This document shows, one piece after another, positions 59,586 to 64,000 of a DNA stretch of 64,000 bases. The notes below the pieces were generated by a model, which was given only the letters and a program-made list of their open reading frames with translations, was not told the origin of the DNA and made no database searches. The stretch is taken from sequence record NZ_CP044066.1; one strand, written 5' to 3'. The DNA is from a plasmid. The position numbers and the translations under genes were made by a program. Within the stretch, counting starts at the first letter, position 1, and the number at the start of each line of letters is the position of its first letter.

Positions 59586-60449
59586 TCAAGTGACGGCCGG
59601 ATGATCAGCAAACGTCCTTAGCAGGAAGTCCATAACCACCCGTATCTGCGGCGAATAGCGCAGGTCTCGATGCACCGCCATCCAGATGTCCTGAAAGAAG
59701 GCTTCGCCGTTGTGCGAGAGGCGCTGTAATGTCATATCGCGCTCAGCAAGGAAGTCCGGTAGGCCCGCCACACCAGCGCCTGCTCGCGCTGCTATCAGGT
59801 GGTTGTTGATATCCTTGATCTCGCAGGATATGGGCCTTCCCTTTGCAACCCCCATTAGCCATGCGCGCTGCCGCACGCCAGCAAATCCTGCGTCGTAGGC
59901 GATGAATTCCCATGCGGATGGATCGTGCAGATGTGCATAGTCCTTGCTGGCGTACAAGCTAAACGACACGCGTCCTAGCTTTCTTACGACACTCGTCGGC
60001 TCATCCGGCCGCGTCATTCTCAGGACGACATCCGCCTCCCGCCGGCTGAGAGACACCTGCCGCGCCTCGCCGCGGACAGAAAGCTGTATGCCGGGATTTT
60101 CATGCCGAAAACCCGCAAGATGCTTTAGCAGGAAATTCGCCATCAGCGCGGGCGGTGCGCTCACCGTTACCTTGCCGCTGGGTGGACTACGGCTCGCATC
60201 GAGGAGGCGTTCGATTGCGTCGGCGGCCTCTTCCATCGCCTGCGCGAGTTCATATACACGTTGGCCCAGCGGCGTGAGGCTGCAAGCCCTGGGCAGCCGT
60301 TCGATCAGGCGCGCGTGGATTTTCGCCTCCAGTGCAGCGAGACGACGACTGATCGTGGCGTGATCTACCTCGAGGTGTCGTGCCGCACCTGACATCGTTC
60401 CCAGGCGAGCAACGGCCAGAAAGTAACGAATGCTTTCCCAATCGGTCAT
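59586..60449 (-). CDS. LysR-family transcriptional regulator
   Basis: 'MTDWESIRYFLAVARLGTMSGAARHLEVDHATISRRLAALEAKI' is a LysR HTH. It is divergent from the MBL hydrolase gene. The ATG at 60449 was chosen over the track's longer ORF. Confidence 0.8.
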   Translation of the reverse strand: MTDWESIRYFLAVARLGTMSGAARHLEVDHATISRRLAALEAKIHARLIERLPRACSLTPLGQRVYELAQAMEEAADAIERLLDASRSPPSGKVTVSAPPALMANFLLKHLAGFRHENPGIQLSVRGEARQVSLSRREADVVLRMTRPDEPTSVVRKLGRVSFSLYASKDYAHLHDPSAWEFIAYDAGFAGVRQRAWLMGVAKGRPISCEIKDINNHLIAARAGAGVAGLPDFLAERDMTLQRLSHNGEAFFQDIWMAVHRDLRYSPQIRVVMDFLLRTFADHPAVT

Positions 60450-60552
60450 CTGTGCATTTTCGCGGGGATGGGTTGCGAGTCTGGGGAGTATCCGCGCAGT
60501 CCGGAGATCCGTATGCTCACTGCTATTCATCATTCCCGCAAGGAAGTTCCTC

Positions 60553-61536
60553 ATGTCTCGTCTGAATACCACCAAAATGTCCGAATTGAAGCTATCCGCC
60601 GCACGGGCACTGGTGCTGCTTGCATTTGGCGCTTCACATGCGTACGCGGCCGCCGCACCGGATGATTACTTCCATACCGGAGCCGGCGCCAGATATCTGC
60701 GCCGTGCCGATGAAGACATCGTCGCGAAGCCGCTGCGCGGCGGTGTGACCGTCCTGATGGGTTCCGGCGGCAACATTACCGTCCTGACGGGCGAAGACGG
60801 CAAGTTCCTCGTTGACGCTGGCATCAGCAAGAAGCATGAGAAGGTTCGGGCCGCGCTCGATCGGCTAGGAGACGCACCGATCCGTTACGTGGTCAACACG
60901 CATTGGCATTGGGACCACACCGACGGCAATGCGTGGATGCATGAAGCCGGGGCCACTATTGTTGCCCATGAGAATACAGCGCGGCACTTGACCGAGACGA
61001 CGCATGTGAACGCGTGGAATTGGACCTTCGATCCCGTCCCCGCGGCGGCACGCCCGACCGTATTGATTGACGACAGAAAGGAGTTCGACTTCGCAGGCAC
61101 CACGATTGATGTCGAGAACTTCGGATACGGCCATACCGACGGCGACTTGTGGGTCTATTTCAAGGATGCCGATGTTCTGGCGCTTGGCGATACCTTCTGG
61201 AACGGCTTCTATCCGTACATCGATAACGAGGACGGTGGCAGCATCGACGGCGCCATCAAATGGGCCAGCGAAGCCGTCGCTCGGACGACGGACCACACGA
61301 TCGTGGTACCCGGTCACGGCGCGGTGGGTACTCGCGCTCAGTTGATCGCATTCCGCGATATGCTCGTCACCGTCCGCGCAAATGTGGCAGCGCTAAAACA
61401 TCAGGGCAAGACCATCGACGAAATCGTTGCTGCTCGACCGACAGCTGCCTTCGATGACAAATGGGGAAATTTCGTCTTCAACGGCGAGCAGTTTACCCGG
61501 ATGGTTTTTGCAGGCCTGAATTCCCGCGGGAGTTAA
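60553..61536 (+). CDS. Secreted MBL-fold metallo-hydrolase
   Basis: ATG at 60553 after AGGAAG. Signal peptide '...LKLSAARALVLLAFGASHAYA'. Metal-binding motif 'VNTHWHWDHTDGN' (HxHxDH). Downstream residues 'HGAVG' and 'GH' are also present. Confidence 0.8.
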   Translation: MSRLNTTKMSELKLSAARALVLLAFGASHAYAAAAPDDYFHTGAGARYLRRADEDIVAKPLRGGVTVLMGSGGNITVLTGEDGKFLVDAGISKKHEKVRAALDRLGDAPIRYVVNTHWHWDHTDGNAWMHEAGATIVAHENTARHLTETTHVNAWNWTFDPVPAAARPTVLIDDRKEFDFAGTTIDVENFGYGHTDGDLWVYFKDADVLALGDTFWNGFYPYIDNEDGGSIDGAIKWASEAVARTTDHTIVVPGHGAVGTRAQLIAFRDMLVTVRANVAALKHQGKTIDEIVAARPTAAFDDKWGNFVFNGEQFTRMVFAGLNSRGS

Positions 61537-61953
61537 CCCTTCGCGGCGCTCGCCGCTATCTGGAGATCTCGAGTCGCCGGCAAATACGCTGGTGACGCGC
61601 TCCACGTTGCTGTACTCGCGATCGCCGCGTTGACCGATGTGACCGTACCCCGCGCACATGCCCCTCTTGCTGATCTGCGTCAGCTGGCGGCGCTGAGTAC
61701 AAACAGCCACGCCCGTTGAATAGAAAAGAACCGCCGTGGCTACCGTGAGAGCCAGTGGCGGTTGAACTACTATTGGGACAACGCCGCCAGTATCAATGTG
61801 GAAGTCAACGCTTTCAATTCAATTCTGACTGGCCAGAATCTCGGCCAATAGGCCGATCGCCGAGCGGCGGACGGAGTACGAAGCAGACACCTCGTTGCAG
61901 AGTGGTTCGATCGCTGTCAGGGCCGTATGGTCCGCGCCTCTTGACCTGCTGCC

Positions 61954-62820
61954 TCAAGGGTTGGACGGCGTCGGGTAGTCGGTCGACTCTGCCAAGGACC
62001 TCCACGCTTCCGTCTCCGTCGTGACATACGCGTTCTTCGCGCCAATCGCCTTCAGCGTATCTGTGCCCAGCGGCAGACGCAGTGGCACTGCGGGAGCGTC
62101 GACCAGTTTGACGACGGCGGCCGCAAGCCGTGCCGGATCCCCAGGTTGATGGTGATTGATCACGGGCGCGAGTTCGCGCAGCTTGCCCGACGTCTCCGCA
62201 TAGTCGGCAATGACCTCTTCCGCGATGAGAACAGATGAGCGATCGAGGAAGTCGGTACGAAAAAAACCGGGTTCGATCATGGTTGCGTGAATGCCGAGCG
62301 GCTTGAGCTCGGCATGTATCGCTTCCGTAATGCCCTCGACGGCGAATTTCGTTGCGCTATACACGCCCACGCCCGCAGCGGCCTGATAGCCAACGATCGA
62401 CGAGAGGTTGATGACGTGACCGGCCCGCTGCTGGCGCATGATGGGCAGCACGGCGCGCGTCACGCTCAGCAGCCCGAACACGTTGGTCTCGAAGATGCGG
62501 CGGACATCGGCATCGCTCGACTCCTCGACCGCGCCGAGCAATCCGAAGCCGGCATTGTTGACCAGTACGTCGATGCGGCCGAACTTGTCGATCGCGGCGG
62601 CAACGGCGGCGTGGACTTGCTGTGCGTCGGTGACGTCGAGCGGGAGAGTCAGCAAGGCCGGCGCGTCGCCGAGGCGTTCGATGACGGCATTCACATTGCG
62701 GCCGGTGGCGACTACCGCGTTCCCGTCCGCCAGCGCGGCTTTGGCGATGAGCGCACCCAAGCCACGGGAGGCGCCAGTCACGAACCAGACTCGCTTGAAC
62801 TGTGGGAGATGGGGATTCAT
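61954..62820 (-). CDS. SDR-family oxidoreductase
   Basis: ATG at 62820 after AAGGAG. 'VWFVTGASRGLGALIAKAAL' is a TGxxxGxG-type cofactor motif. 'NNAGFG' and 'YSATKFAVEG' (YxxxK) are also present. Confidence 0.85.
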   Translation of the reverse strand: MNPHLPQFKRVWFVTGASRGLGALIAKAALADGNAVVATGRNVNAVIERLGDAPALLTLPLDVTDAQQVHAAVAAAIDKFGRIDVLVNNAGFGLLGAVEESSDADVRRIFETNVFGLLSVTRAVLPIMRQQRAGHVINLSSIVGYQAAAGVGVYSATKFAVEGITEAIHAELKPLGIHATMIEPGFFRTDFLDRSSVLIAEEVIADYAETSGKLRELAPVINHHQPGDPARLAAAVVKLVDAPAVPLRLPLGTDTLKAIGAKNAYVTTETEAWRSLAESTDYPTPSNP

Positions 62821-63054
62821 TCGGACTCCTTCGATTGGATTGGCCGAACTATGGATCACGGCGTGACAGGAAACTAGCGGGAAAAATAGAGAATCTATTT
62901 TCCATCCACGCAAAAATCCCGAAGATCGTTCTGTGGCGCCGGTTGGGAGGAGATGTCAGTCGCCGGGGTCGCTCGAGTGGGAAATATTGCGTTTTACTTC
63001 GCGCCTCGCATTCCTATAGTTCGCCTCAACAAACTTTCGCTATAGGTGTGGATA

Positions 63055-64000
63055 TGAAACTCGCCGTTCCCCTTCTCGCCGCTGCCGCATTCGCGATGCT
63101 GACCAACGAATTCAACATCATCGGCATCATCCCGTTGATTGCTCGCGACCTCGACGTGCCGATACCAAAGGTCGGCTTGCTGGTGACTGCGTTCGCCTTC
63201 ACGGTCGCTATCGCCGGCCCATTCCTGACCTTGCGGCTACGCGGCTTGGAACGACGCCTGTTGTTCACGGGCGTGCTCGCCGTCACCGCCGTCGGCGCCG
63301 CGGTCGCCGCCTTCGCTCCCAGCTACGCCGTCTTGGCCGCGGGAAGAATAGTCTCCGCGCTTGCGCTGCCAGTGTTCTGGAGTATGGCCACTTCGACGGC
63401 CGCGCGGATCGCCGGGCCAGACCATGCGGGCCGCGCCATCGCGACGGTATTTTCAGGTGTGTCCATCGCGAGCGTCGTCGGGTCGCCCATCGCGACGATT
63501 CTCGCGGACGCGTTCGGATGGCGCGTGGCATTCGGTACCGGCGCAGCGATCTGCGCGCTGGTGGCCGTGCTCATCTGGACGCTATTCCCTCGCATGACCG
63601 TCGAGGCCGAAGCGCATCCGGTGTCCCCTGTGAAGGTGCTCGCGCATCCCATCATTCTGGTGAACCTCCTGATGTCGTTCTTCGCGCTGACGGCGATGTT
63701 CACGTCGTACACCTACCTTGCCGACACCCTCACGCGTCTGGGCAACTTCACCGATGGAGCAGCGGGATGGATCCTGATGGGTTTCGGTGTCGCCGGTATC
63801 GTCGGCAATGAGGTCGCCGGTCGCTTTGTCGATGGCAGCCCGATTCGCGCGGCCATCGCCTCGATTGCGGTTGCGGGCGCCGCCATGGCGATGTTCCCCA
63901 GCGCCTTGGGGAGCGTGGCGGCAACAACCCTCACGCTCGCCATATGGGGCGCGGCACATGCGGCCGGCTTCGTGACCAATCACGTCCGCGCGATGCGCTC
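63055..64000 (+). CDS. MFS transporter (partial, runs off the window end)
   Basis: Manually translated from the ATG at 63055 (preceded by 'aggtgtgg'). 'MKLAVPLLAAAAFAMLTNEFNIIGIIPLIARDLDVPIPKVGLLVTAFAFTVAIAGPFLTLRLRGLERRLL...' contains multiple TM helices with an MFS-like 'G.LSDR'-equivalent loop. There is no stop before 64000. Confidence 0.7.

Overview
GC-rich bacterial chromosomal window. By gene content it looks Burkholderiales-like, but that is inference. It reads as an accessory or stress-signalling region with many insertion-sequence remnants.

The most notable content is three paralogous giant signalling proteins at 544-4647 (-), 5712-8705 (+) and 24700-28467 (-). Each fuses a CheB methylesterase and a CheR methyltransferase to a PAS sensor. 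Two of them also carry a histidine-kinase core and a C-terminal receiver. Each has a 7-residue tandem 'EEL' coiled-coil array whose units match the chemoreceptor methylation consensus E-E-x-x-A-S/T. I interpret this as a self-contained, methylation-adaptive two-component sensor. The middle paralog looks degenerate: its methylesterase serine is replaced by alanine, it has no kinase core, and its EEL array has decayed.

Between and around these lie:
- a FixL/FixJ-like kinase and response-regulator pair;
- a PAS-GGDEF-EAL c-di-GMP protein;
- YihY/BrkB;
- an orphan tctA with a disrupted tctB;
- a cluster of stress or stationary-phase type genes (DUF2188, phasin, DUF1488, Crp/Fnr, a ribbon-helix-helix protein next to a PHB-depolymerase-family esterase, Mn-catalase, hemerythrin, a frameshifted Zn-alcohol dehydrogenase, a GT4 glycosyltransferase next to an amylo-1,6-glucosidase-like gene, two hydrophilin-like small proteins, an AI-2E transporter, a transglutaminase-like protein, NhaA);
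- a KaiC-like double-domain ATPase coupled to a CheY-like receiver and preceded by a possible pseudo-receiver protein.

A degraded mobile-element zone follows. It holds an integrase-like gene, a resolvase-like gene without its catalytic Ser, an IS66 TnpA fragment that truncates a LysR gene, and an intact IS21 (IstA/IstB). The window also contains an ISNCY-type transposase fragment at its start and an IS110 remnant. The right end carries a lipoprotein with three Ig-like (He_PIG) repeats plus a Kelch propeller, an HD hydrolase, a LysR gene divergent from an MBL-fold hydrolase, an SDR and a partial MFS transporter.

No rRNA, tRNA or CRISPR array was recognised.
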